Made by a program: the position numbers and the translations under genes
DNA from: Candidatus Omnitrophota bacterium
GTDB lineage: Bacteria; Omnitrophota; Gorgyraeia; Duberdicusellales; 4484-171
Direction of reading: 5' to 3'
DNA length: 40,260 nucleotides
Assembly: GCA_021735405.1 (NCBI GenBank)
Contig: JAIPHC010000002.1
Span: 1-40,260, forward strand
Notes under the pieces: model-generated
The model's database searches: none
Seen by the model: the letters and a program-made list of their open reading frames with translations, nothing else
What the model was told of the DNA's origin: nothing
Part shown: in pieces, positions 7,776 through 15,402 of the stretch
Layout of the letters: each line of letters starts with the position of its first letter
Position numbering within the stretch: position 1 is the first letter of the stretch

Positions 7776-7909
7776 GAAAGATACAAGATACAAGTTACAA
7801 GATACAAACAAATTTCAAATCCCAATACTCAATAATTAAACAAAAAGTTTGGTTATTGTTTTTTGTATCTTGGTTATTTCAGGGGTTTTTTGGTTATTGA
7901 TTATTTCGA
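7776..7909 (+). repeat. Intergenic hairpin repeat, copy A (CA-rich left arm, TG-rich right arm)
   Basis: It starts GAAAGATACAAGATACAAG and ends TTATTTCGA, the same termini as the copy at 38988..39147. Inner 12-bp stem 7830-7841/7847-7858 has two T-G wobbles. Outer 11-bp stem pairs 7798-7808 with 7862-7872. Confidence 0.7.
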
Positions 7910-7933
7910 GTATAATTATTATGGTAAAAAATA

Positions 7934-8671
7934 ATGAATAAGGAAGATTTAAAAAGTTTAAAAAAAGCCGGATATGCGCTTTCTTTAATTTTAAAGAAGC
8001 TAAAAAAGTTCATAAAACCGGGTGTTACCGGATTGGATATAAATAATTTTGCAGAGGAATTTCTAAAAAGTAATTTTCCCGATTGCAATTTATCCAGCAA
8101 AGGTTACGGCGGTTTTCCGGCATCGGTATGTGTGTCGTTTAATGATAATATAATTCACGGCATTCCTTCGGAAAAAGAAGCAAAAAAAGGAGACATAATT
8201 AAAGTTGATATAGTAGTTGATTATAAAGGCTGGCATGCAGATTCAGCTTACAGTTATATTGTGGGAAAAGTTTCAAAACAAGAAAAAAAATTAGTTAAAA
8301 CCACAAAAAAAGCTTTAGATGAAGCAATTAAGGTTGCCAGAGTTGGAAATACTATAGGAGATATCGGCTATATTGTCCAAAATGTTATAGAAAGCCAGGG
8401 TTTTTCGGTTATGAGAAAATATTGCGGCCATGGTTTGGGGAAAGCCATGCACGAAGCACCATCTATTCCTAACTTTGGCACACCAGGAGAAGGAGCAAAA
8501 TTAGAAGAAGGAATGATTATCGCAATTGAACCGATGGCTTTTATAGGCGATTGTGAGGTTGAAGTAGCAACTAATGGCTGGGATGTTTATGCTAAAGATA
8601 AGTCCCAAACGGCTCATTTCGAACATACCCTTTTAATCAGGAAAAGCAAACCGGTTGTAATTACAAAATAG
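7934..8671 (+). CDS. map: type I methionine aminopeptidase
   Basis: Metal ligand blocks are present: DIVVDYKGWHADSA, CGHGLGKAMHE, IAIEPM, HFEHT. Confidence 0.92.
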   Translation: MNKEDLKSLKKAGYALSLILKKLKKFIKPGVTGLDINNFAEEFLKSNFPDCNLSSKGYGGFPASVCVSFNDNIIHGIPSEKEAKKGDIIKVDIVVDYKGWHADSAYSYIVGKVSKQEKKLVKTTKKALDEAIKVARVGNTIGDIGYIVQNVIESQGFSVMRKYCGHGLGKAMHEAPSIPNFGTPGEGAKLEEGMIIAIEPMAFIGDCEVEVATNGWDVYAKDKSQTAHFEHTLLIRKSKPVVITK

Positions 8672-8698
8672 TTTAATTATTGATATTTTGCTATCGAG

Positions 8699-9319
8699 AT
8701 GAGGAATATTTTTGATAAAAATTCTAAAAAATACGATAATTGGTATGATAAAAATCAATTTGCTTATTTATCTGAATTAGAATTATTAGAAAAAATAGTT
8801 CCAAAAGAGAAAAGAGGATTAGAAGTAGGAGTAGGTACCGGCCGGTTTGCTAAAGAATTGGGTACTGAATTCGGTATAGACTTTTCCCTGGGCATGCTAA
8901 AAATTGCTAAAAAAAGAAAAATAAAATGTGTTTTAGCTAGAGGGGAGAAACTTCCTTTTAAAGATAATTTTTTCGATTATCTAACAATTATTATTACAAT
9001 TTGTTTTACCGAATTTCCTGCCGAAGTTCTAACTGAAGCGAAAAGGGTATTAAAAAAAAGCGGCAAGATTGTTGTAGCAATAATAGATAAAAACAGTTTT
9101 TTGGGAAAATTTTATCAGGCAAAAAAGAGCATTTTTTATAAAGAAGCCACATTTTTTTCTATCTCCGAAATATCTGAGCTGCTTAAAGCTCAAGGTTTTA
9201 ATAATCTTTCCTTTTTTCAGACCTTATTCAACCTTCCTAATGAATTAGGACAAATCGATAAACCAAAAGAAGGTTTTGGAGAAGGCGGTTTTGTCACAAT
9301 TTCAGCTTCCAGTAAATAA
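8699..9319 (+). CDS. class I SAM-dependent methyltransferase
   Basis: Motif I LEVGVGTGRF, and the downstream FDYL...LKKSGKIVV layout. Confidence 0.8.
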   Translation: MRNIFDKNSKKYDNWYDKNQFAYLSELELLEKIVPKEKRGLEVGVGTGRFAKELGTEFGIDFSLGMLKIAKKRKIKCVLARGEKLPFKDNFFDYLTIIITICFTEFPAEVLTEAKRVLKKSGKIVVAIIDKNSFLGKFYQAKKSIFYKEATFFSISEISELLKAQGFNNLSFFQTLFNLPNELGQIDKPKEGFGEGGFVTISASSK

Positions 9320-9363
9320 TTTTGCAGGTGTCTTAAAATCCGCTTGACAAGGCATATTATATA

Positions 9364-9381
9364 TGTTAGGCTTACCTAACA
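9364..9381. promoter_or_regulatory. Palindromic DtxR/IdeR-type operator candidate upstream of the DtxR-family gene
   Basis: TGTTAGG-CTTA-CCTAACA is a perfect 7-bp inverted repeat containing the TTAGG/CCTAA half-sites of DtxR-type boxes. It lies 15 nt downstream of a TTGACA hexamer (9344-9349) and 31 nt upstream of ATG 9412. Confidence 0.55.
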
Positions 9382-9411
9382 ATAATGACTTTAAAAAAAT
9401 AAAGGAAAAAA

Positions 9412-9897
9412 ATGACACAAACGATAAGTTCAAATATGGAAGATTACCTGGAAGCGATTATTTTTCTAAAAGAAAAAAAAGAAATTGTCCGGGTAAAAGA
9501 TATCGGAAAAGAACTGGGAGTTAAAAATCCCAGTGTAAGCGAAGCTTTAGGGATTTTATCGAAAAAAGGTTTAGTAAAGCATAAGCGCTATGGAAATGTA
9601 GAGCTTACTAAAAAAGGGGATAAGCTGGCAAAAACTATTGCCCGGCGCCACAATACTTTAGTTAAATTTTTAAAAGAAGTCTTAAAAATAGATCAAAAAA
9701 CAGCCAGCCAAGACGCTTGCCGGATGGAACATTCTATAAGCAAGGGAACTGCTAAAAAATTAAATAATTTTATTAATTTTATCGAAAACTCTCCTTATTC
9801 GGGCCGGCCGCAATGGCTGAAAAGTTTCGATAATTTCGAGAAAACAGGCAAGCGCCTCAATTGCAGGATACGAAAAAGTAAAATTAAAAATGATTAG
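9412..9897 (+). CDS. DtxR/MntR-family metal-dependent transcriptional repressor
   Basis: N-terminal MEDYLEAI...V.DI...L.V...SVSEAL..L...GLV wHTH, a RRH..L..FL dimerisation helix, and the ACRMEH metal site region. Confidence 0.85.
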   Translation: MTQTISSNMEDYLEAIIFLKEKKEIVRVKDIGKELGVKNPSVSEALGILSKKGLVKHKRYGNVELTKKGDKLAKTIARRHNTLVKFLKEVLKIDQKTASQDACRMEHSISKGTAKKLNNFINFIENSPYSGRPQWLKSFDNFEKTGKRLNCRIRKSKIKND

Positions 9898-10117
9898 TCT
9901 ATTACAGCTTAATTCTAATCAGGCGGCAAAAATTGCAGCTATCAAGGGCGGAAGAGGATTGCTTCTACGGTTTAATAATTTGGGGATAAGAAAAGGCGCC
10001 CAGATAAAAAAGGTAGCCGGTTATTTCCGCGGCGGGCCTATAATTATTAAAGTAAATGGTACTCAACTTGCTTTAGGCAAAGGAATGGCTTCAAAAATAT
10101 TGGTAGAGGTGCAATGA
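9890..10117 (+). CDS. feoA: FeoA-family protein
   Basis: A 75-aa SH3-like protein (LGIRKGAQIKKV...GGPIIIKVNGTQLALGKGMASKILV). It overlaps both the repressor gene and feoB. Confidence 0.85.
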   Translation: MISLLQLNSNQAAKIAAIKGGRGLLLRFNNLGIRKGAQIKKVAGYFRGGPIIIKVNGTQLALGKGMASKILVEVQ

Positions 10118-11835
10118 AAGTAGTTTTAACCGGAAATCCTAATGTTGGCAAAAGCGTAGTCTTTAACCGCCTTACCGGAGCAAGGGTTGTTGCTTCGAAT
10201 TATCCGGGAACAACAGTAACTTTCACCAAAGGCAGGATGCATTTTTTTAATGTAAAGGCCGAGGTAATAGATACTCCCGGTTCTTATAGCCTAGAGCCTT
10301 CGACTAAAGCGGAAGAAGTCGCAGTTGATTTAATAAATGAGGCTGATTTAATTATCGATGTGCTTGATGCTACTAATTTAGAAAGAAACCTTTATCTTAC
10401 TTTAGAATTAATTCGAAAAAAAGATAAGCCCCTGATTGTTGTTTTGAATATGTGGGATGAGACAAAACATAAGGGTGTTGATATTGATATCAAAAAACTA
10501 GAAAAGTTTTTAGGAGTTCCGGTTGTAGCAACTTGCGCTTTAAGCGGAGAAGGTATAAAAGATTTAGTTTTTGCAATTAACAAAGCTAAAAAGTCTCATC
10601 TTAAAGATTTAAAAGAGCCTCTCTGGGTAGAAATCGGAAAAATTGTTGAAAAAGTCCAAAAGCTTACTCATCGCCATCATAGTTTTTTAGATGTTTTAGA
10701 AGAAATAAGCATTCGGCCGCCTTTTTCTTTTTTTATCGCAGCCGGTATTGTATTTTTATCGTTTTCTTTGGTAAGATTTATCGGGGAGAGTTTGATTAAC
10801 TATCTATTTGACCCTTTGTTTAATAATTTTTATACTCCGGTAGTTATGAAATTAAGTTCGATTTTAGGAGAAGGTTCTTTTTTGCATAATTTATTTATAG
10901 GAAATTTGCTGGAAGGTTCTATAGATTACGGAGTGTCTTTTGGGATAATCACAACAGGAATTTATGTTCCTCTGGCTATAGTCTTTCCTTATATCTTTAG
11001 TTTTTATCTTATTTTGGGATTTTTAGAAGATTGGGGTTACCTGCCCCGTTTGGCAATTTTAGGCGACAGGGCGTTTCATAAACTAGGCTTACATGGTTAT
11101 GCGATAGTTCCGATGATATTAGGCTTGGGCTGTAATGTGCCGGGAGCTTTAGCAACCAGGTTATTTGAGGAAAGAAGGGAAAAATTTATTGCAGCAACTT
11201 TACTTGCTGTGGCCGTTCCTTGTATGGCTCAAACTGCGATGATTATAAATTTATTAGGCCGTTACGGGGGCCAATATATATTTATTGTTTTTTTCTCTTT
11301 GTTTTTGGTCTGGTTTAGTTTAGGGCGGATTATGAATTTTTTCGCAAAAGGGGAAAGCCCTGAAATTTTGATAGAAGTTCCGCCCTACAGAAGGCCGCAT
11401 TTTAGCAGCGCGGTAAAAAAAATATGGTTAAGAATCAGTTCTTTTTTTAAAGAAGCTATACCGCTTGTTCTTTTAGGGGTATTGGTAGTAAATTTGTTAA
11501 ATTTTTTTGGAATTATCGATTTTTTCGCCAATATATTTTCTCCGGTTATAACAAAAGTTTGGCAACTTCCCAAAGAAGCGATTGGGGCATTGGTGGTGGG
11601 TTTTTTGCGGAAAGACGTCGCGGTGGGGATGCTTCGGCCGCTTGGCCTAAGCTTAAGGCAGTTGATTGTCGGCGCTACTATTTTAGGTGTTTATTTTCCC
11701 TGTATGGCAACTTTTATTGTTTTAGTTAAAGAAATTGGCATAAAAGATATGTTAAAATCCATTCTTATCATGCTTTTTACCGCGACAATAGTGGGCGGCC
11801 TTCTAAATTATATTTTGAAATTATTTGGCATTTAA
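10114..11835 (+). CDS. feoB: ferrous iron transporter FeoB (short form)
   Basis: G-domain motifs GNPNVGKS, DTPG and NMWD, followed by a polytopic membrane domain with gate motifs. Confidence 0.92.
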   Translation: MKVVLTGNPNVGKSVVFNRLTGARVVASNYPGTTVTFTKGRMHFFNVKAEVIDTPGSYSLEPSTKAEEVAVDLINEADLIIDVLDATNLERNLYLTLELIRKKDKPLIVVLNMWDETKHKGVDIDIKKLEKFLGVPVVATCALSGEGIKDLVFAINKAKKSHLKDLKEPLWVEIGKIVEKVQKLTHRHHSFLDVLEEISIRPPFSFFIAAGIVFLSFSLVRFIGESLINYLFDPLFNNFYTPVVMKLSSILGEGSFLHNLFIGNLLEGSIDYGVSFGIITTGIYVPLAIVFPYIFSFYLILGFLEDWGYLPRLAILGDRAFHKLGLHGYAIVPMILGLGCNVPGALATRLFEERREKFIAATLLAVAVPCMAQTAMIINLLGRYGGQYIFIVFFSLFLVWFSLGRIMNFFAKGESPEILIEVPPYRRPHFSSAVKKIWLRISSFFKEAIPLVLLGVLVVNLLNFFGIIDFFANIFSPVITKVWQLPKEAIGALVVGFLRKDVAVGMLRPLGLSLRQLIVGATILGVYFPCMATFIVLVKEIGIKDMLKSILIMLFTATIVGGLLNYILKLFGI

Positions 11836-12686
11836 AAAAAAGAAGTCCCGTCACAGTTAGCCGTATTTAAATCCTGGATACCTTCCCGGCAGGTTGAAAA
11901 TTGAAGGCGGACGTTCATAGATTCTTTTCTGGCTTTTTCTATAAGACTTTTTCGTATATTTTCCTCTAAATAGATATAATTGTTTTTACGCATTCCTTTT
12001 TGGTAATAAAGTTTATGCCAAAGCTCTAAATATTCCGGAAAAACTTTCGTCATTCTTTTAAAGTTATCGGTCTTTGCTTTGTAAGTTGAAGTTATAATTT
12101 GTTTAGCCCCAGCTTCTTTTATCTGCCTGATAACTTTTTTTATATCTTTTGTGTTGAGGTGATAGATTAAAGGGTCAAATCTTACAACAACAGGCATAAA
12201 TTCAGAAAGTTTTTTTACTGCTTTTAGCCTTTCTGAAGGGAGTGTGCAATTTGGTTCTAATTTTTTTGACAAATTATCATCTAAGGAAGTAAGAGAGATA
12301 GTTATTAAAATTTTTTTTATTTCCTTAAGCAAGCCTAAATCCTCTAAGATTAAATTTGATTTTGTAACCAAGTTAATTTTTAAATCATAGTTTTTTAAAA
12401 TATTTAAAAGCTGGTGAGTCAATTTAAGTTTTTTTTCAAGCGGCTGGTAAGGATCAGATGAGTTTGATATGGCGATAGTTGAGCCGGGAGGTATCTTTGC
12501 TGCGTCTTTTCTCAGTTTTTTTATAAAATCTTTTTTCGGCCGGGGTTGATAAAATTTCGGAATATAGGAAGAGGCATAACAGTAAAGACAGCCGTGGCCG
12601 CAACCGGTATAAGCCGATAAACTGTATTTAGGCGGACAACTGCAAAGCGAACTTCGCCAAGGATCAAAAGGTTTAATTAATTCCAT
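11832..12686 (-). CDS. radical SAM protein (COG1533 / SplB-like family)
   Basis: CGHGCLYCYA is a CxxxCxxC cluster motif near the N-terminus. The size and layout match the DNA-photolyase-like radical SAM group. The substrate is unknown. Confidence 0.75.
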   Translation of the reverse strand: MELIKPFDPWRSSLCSCPPKYSLSAYTGCGHGCLYCYASSYIPKFYQPRPKKDFIKKLRKDAAKIPPGSTIAISNSSDPYQPLEKKLKLTHQLLNILKNYDLKINLVTKSNLILEDLGLLKEIKKILITISLTSLDDNLSKKLEPNCTLPSERLKAVKKLSEFMPVVVRFDPLIYHLNTKDIKKVIRQIKEAGAKQIITSTYKAKTDNFKRMTKVFPEYLELWHKLYYQKGMRKNNYIYLEENIRKSLIEKARKESMNVRLQFSTCREGIQDLNTANCDGTSFF

Positions 12687-12730
12687 GAATTTATTTTAGT
12701 TTCTAACTTCCGGGAGTCAATAAGAAATAA

Positions 12731-12862
12731 GGGGACGTTTCCCTCGTTTATAAATCTTTGTTAATCAATGGGTTATGAATTGCCATTTTCTACTTATTTG
12801 CGTAAAATAGAGGTTTGTAACTCCTTTATTTGCAATGAGTTATAACAGAGGGAAACGTCCCC
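12731..12862 (-). mobile_element. Transposase-less miniature copy (MITE/REP-doublet-like) of the element at 29892..30638, inverted relative to it
   Basis: The ends are GGGGACGTTTCCCTC (12731-12745) and GAGGGAAACGTCCCC (12848-12862). The reverse complement of its right end matches the first 25 nt of the full element's left end, and also shares AATAAAGGAGTTA and TTTTACGCA further in. Confidence 0.75.
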
Positions 12863-12924
12863 TTTTGAAAATAAATCTTTAACTGAGGCTTTATTTTAGT
12901 TATAATAATATCAATTAAATGGTT

Positions 12925-12981
12925 AGGAAACAAGGATTGTTATAAGAAACAAGGATTGTTATAGAAAACAAGGATTGTTAT
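12925..12981 (+). repeat. Three tandem 19-bp repeats, each holding the palindrome AACAAGGATTGTT, overlapping the SD and start of the ZIP gene
   Basis: The 16-nt core AAACAAGGATTGTTAT is identical at 12928, 12947 and 12966. The last unit supplies AAGGA (12971-12975) and the AT of ATG 12980. Confidence 0.85.
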
Positions 12982-13690
12982 GGGTGATTTAGCAGATATT
13001 ATTTTATATTCTTTTTTATCGGGAGTTACAGTATTTTTTGGCGGCTTGTTCCGTAAAATAGAAAATTTTCCGGAAGGCAAAAAAAAGGAAGAATTTTTAC
13101 ATAGTATAGTGGCTTTTGGGGGAGGAATTTTAGTTTCAGCTGTCGCGTTAGTTTTAGTCCCGAAAGGGATAAAAGAGTTAACGCTCATTCCAATTATCAT
13201 AATTTTTATTGCCGGAGCAATTTGTTTTTTTCTCCTTGATGAATTTATAAGCTCTCAAGGTGGAACAAAAGCCCAGCTTATGGCTATGCTTATGGATTTT
13301 ATTCCCGAGGCAATAGCTTTAGGAGCAGTTTTTGCCCATGATAAGGCTTTAGGCCTGCTTTTAGCTATTTTTATCGGGCTTCAAAACTTACCAGAAAGTT
13401 TTAACTCTTTTTCAGATTTAGTAAAAAGCGGAATATCCGAGACAAAGGTATTGGTGATATTTATCCCTTTAAGCTTTTGCGGGGTGGCAGGCGCTGTTTT
13501 AGGTTATTTATTTTTAGGCGGTTTTCCGAAAATAATTGCGGGATTGATGCTTTTTGCAGCTTCGGGCATTTTATATCTTACCTTTCAAGACATTGCTCCA
13601 CTGGCAAAAATGGAGAAGAATTGGCGGCCGGCTTTAGGGGCGTCTTTAGGGTTTTTAGTAGGGATTATCGGCCAAAAAATTATAGGATAA
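12980..13690 (+). CDS. ZIP-family (ZupT-like) divalent metal transporter
   Basis: Multi-span membrane protein with the ZIP signature region IGLQNLPESF and a conserved Asp/Glu/His-bearing helix (MDFIPEAIALG). Confidence 0.85.
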   Translation: MGDLADIILYSFLSGVTVFFGGLFRKIENFPEGKKKEEFLHSIVAFGGGILVSAVALVLVPKGIKELTLIPIIIIFIAGAICFFLLDEFISSQGGTKAQLMAMLMDFIPEAIALGAVFAHDKALGLLLAIFIGLQNLPESFNSFSDLVKSGISETKVLVIFIPLSFCGVAGAVLGYLFLGGFPKIIAGLMLFAASGILYLTFQDIAPLAKMEKNWRPALGASLGFLVGIIGQKIIG

Positions 13691-13696
13691 TTACAG

Positions 13697-13729
13697 GATA
13701 AGCGTAATATTTGCTGCTTATTTTTTTTA
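13697..13729 (+). terminator. Possible intrinsic terminator after the ZIP gene
   Basis: A 7-bp AT-rich stem pairs GATAAGC with GCTTATT (one G-U) around a 12-nt loop, followed by T8 (13721-13728). The stem is weak. Confidence 0.4.
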
Positions 13730-13791
13730 TGTTATAATGAAAGCTCGCATTTTTTTCGGGAAAAAATATAAATAAAAAAATAAGGAGAAAG

Positions 13792-15402
13792 ATGTTACCA
13801 AAATCTGCCATTTTTGATTTAGATGGAGTTATAACTCAAACTGCTTTAGTTCATGAAGAAGCCTGGAAAGAAATGTTTGATGAATATCTGCGTTTGAGGG
13901 AAAAAAGAGATAATGAGCCGTTTAAAGAGTTCAGAAAGCCAAAAGATTATCTTGAATTTGTTGACGGCAAACCCAGGTATGAAGGAGTAAAGAGCTTTTT
14001 AGAATCACGAAATATAAAATTGCCTTTTGGCGACCCGGCTGACGAGCCCGGCAAAGAAACTATCTGCGGGTTAGGAAATAAAAAAAATAACCGTTTTCTA
14101 GAAGTTTTAAAAAAAGAAAAACCCAAAGTTTATGATAATGCAGTCAGGTTTATTAAAGCTCTTAAAAATGAGGGTGTAAAAATTGGCGTGGCTTCATCCT
14201 CTAAGAGTTGTAAGCCGATATTAGAGACAGCCGGGCTTCTAAGTTTATTTGAAACCCGGGTAGACGGAGTAGTTTCTGCAGAACTTGGATTGACCGGTAA
14301 ACCCGAAGGAGATATTTTTACAACAGCCGCAAGAAATCTAGGGGCAGAACCTTTAGAATCGGTGATAATAGAAGATGCGGTATCAGGGGTGCAAGCGGGA
14401 AGAAATGGCAGCTTTGGGTTAGTTTTGGGTGTAGCGCGCCGCGATAACGAAAAAGAGTTAGCTAAACAAGGAGCCGATATTGTAATTTCAAATTTTGCCA
14501 ATATCGATTTGGGATTAATAGATGATTGGTTTAACCGAAAACCAGTACCTCTCTTTTCTGCCTGGGATAAGTTAGATAAACCTTACCAAGATAAGATAGT
14601 TGATTTTGAGCAAGATAAAAAAATATTAGTTAATTTCTATTATAAGCGGTCTGTTAAGGAGGCTTTGTTTGGTAAAGAAAAAGTTATTTTCTTTCTAGAT
14701 TATGACGGTACTCTTACTCCGATAGTTGGGCGGCCGGAGATGGCTAAGATTTCAAGCCAGATGCAGGAAGCCGTTAAAAAATTGGCTCAAAATTATCCAG
14801 TATCTATTGTAAGCGGCCGAATGCGGGAAGATGTTGAGAATTTAGTGGGTATTAAGGGGCTTTTTTACGCCGGCAGCCATGGTTTTGACATTAAAGGCCC
14901 GGATTTTGAAATAGTGCAACCTAAAGCCAGAGAAGTGGTGCCTTTAGTTGCAAAAATTATTGGTAAACTTCATGCTGATCTTGATAGTATAGAAGGGGTA
15001 ATAATCGAAGAAAAAAAATTCAGTGTAGCAGTTCATTACCGTTTGGTTAAAGAAGAAGCTCAAATAAAAAAAATAAAAAAATTGGTGGATTTAATAGTTA
15101 ATAAAAATAAAGATAATTTAAAGCTTTTATCGGGGAAAAAAGTTTTTGAATTACTGCCTAATATGGAATGGGACAAAGGAAAAGCTATAAGATGGATTGC
15201 CGAATCAATGCAGGTGGATTGGCAAACCACTTCTGTTATATATATAGGAGATGATACTACAGACGAATATGCTTTTTCTGCAATAAGAACAAGAGGAACA
15301 GGGATAATCGTTTCAGATGAAGATAAACCTTCTTTAGCTCATTTTAGATTAGATTCACCGAAACAAGTAAGGGAGTTGTTTGAGAAAGCAATCGAAAAAT
15401 AG
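13792..15402 (+). CDS. Fusion protein: beta-phosphoglucomutase-like HAD domain plus trehalose-6-phosphate phosphatase (OtsB-like) domain
   Basis: The N-terminal half has FDLDGVITQTA, SSSK and EDAVSGVQAG (HAD-IA, beta-PGM type). The C-terminal half has FFLDYDGTLTPIV, SGR and GDDTTDE (HAD-IIB, TPP type). Confidence 0.85.
   Translation: MLPKSAIFDLDGVITQTALVHEEAWKEMFDEYLRLREKRDNEPFKEFRKPKDYLEFVDGKPRYEGVKSFLESRNIKLPFGDPADEPGKETICGLGNKKNNRFLEVLKKEKPKVYDNAVRFIKALKNEGVKIGVASSSKSCKPILETAGLLSLFETRVDGVVSAELGLTGKPEGDIFTTAARNLGAEPLESVIIEDAVSGVQAGRNGSFGLVLGVARRDNEKELAKQGADIVISNFANIDLGLIDDWFNRKPVPLFSAWDKLDKPYQDKIVDFEQDKKILVNFYYKRSVKEALFGKEKVIFFLDYDGTLTPIVGRPEMAKISSQMQEAVKKLAQNYPVSIVSGRMREDVENLVGIKGLFYAGSHGFDIKGPDFEIVQPKAREVVPLVAKIIGKLHADLDSIEGVIIEEKKFSVAVHYRLVKEEAQIKKIKKLVDLIVNKNKDNLKLLSGKKVFELLPNMEWDKGKAIRWIAESMQVDWQTTSVIYIGDDTTDEYAFSAIRTRGTGIIVSDEDKPSLAHFRLDSPKQVRELFEKAIEK

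Noticed and set aside
11832-11835. Convergent feoB and radical-SAM genes share overlapping stop codons (TTTAA), leaving no room for terminators
   Set aside because: It is real in the sequence but a common compact-genome arrangement. No further structure is attached to it.
12925-12981. Possible CRISPR array (short direct repeats)
   Set aside because: The 19-bp units are contiguous with no spacers. There are only three copies and no cas genes, so this is a tandem repeat and not a CRISPR array.
13477-13701. 74-aa + strand ORF overlapping the 3' end of the ZIP transporter in another frame
   Set aside because: It is Arg/Phe-rich with no motifs, and it is entirely explained by the ZIP reading frame.
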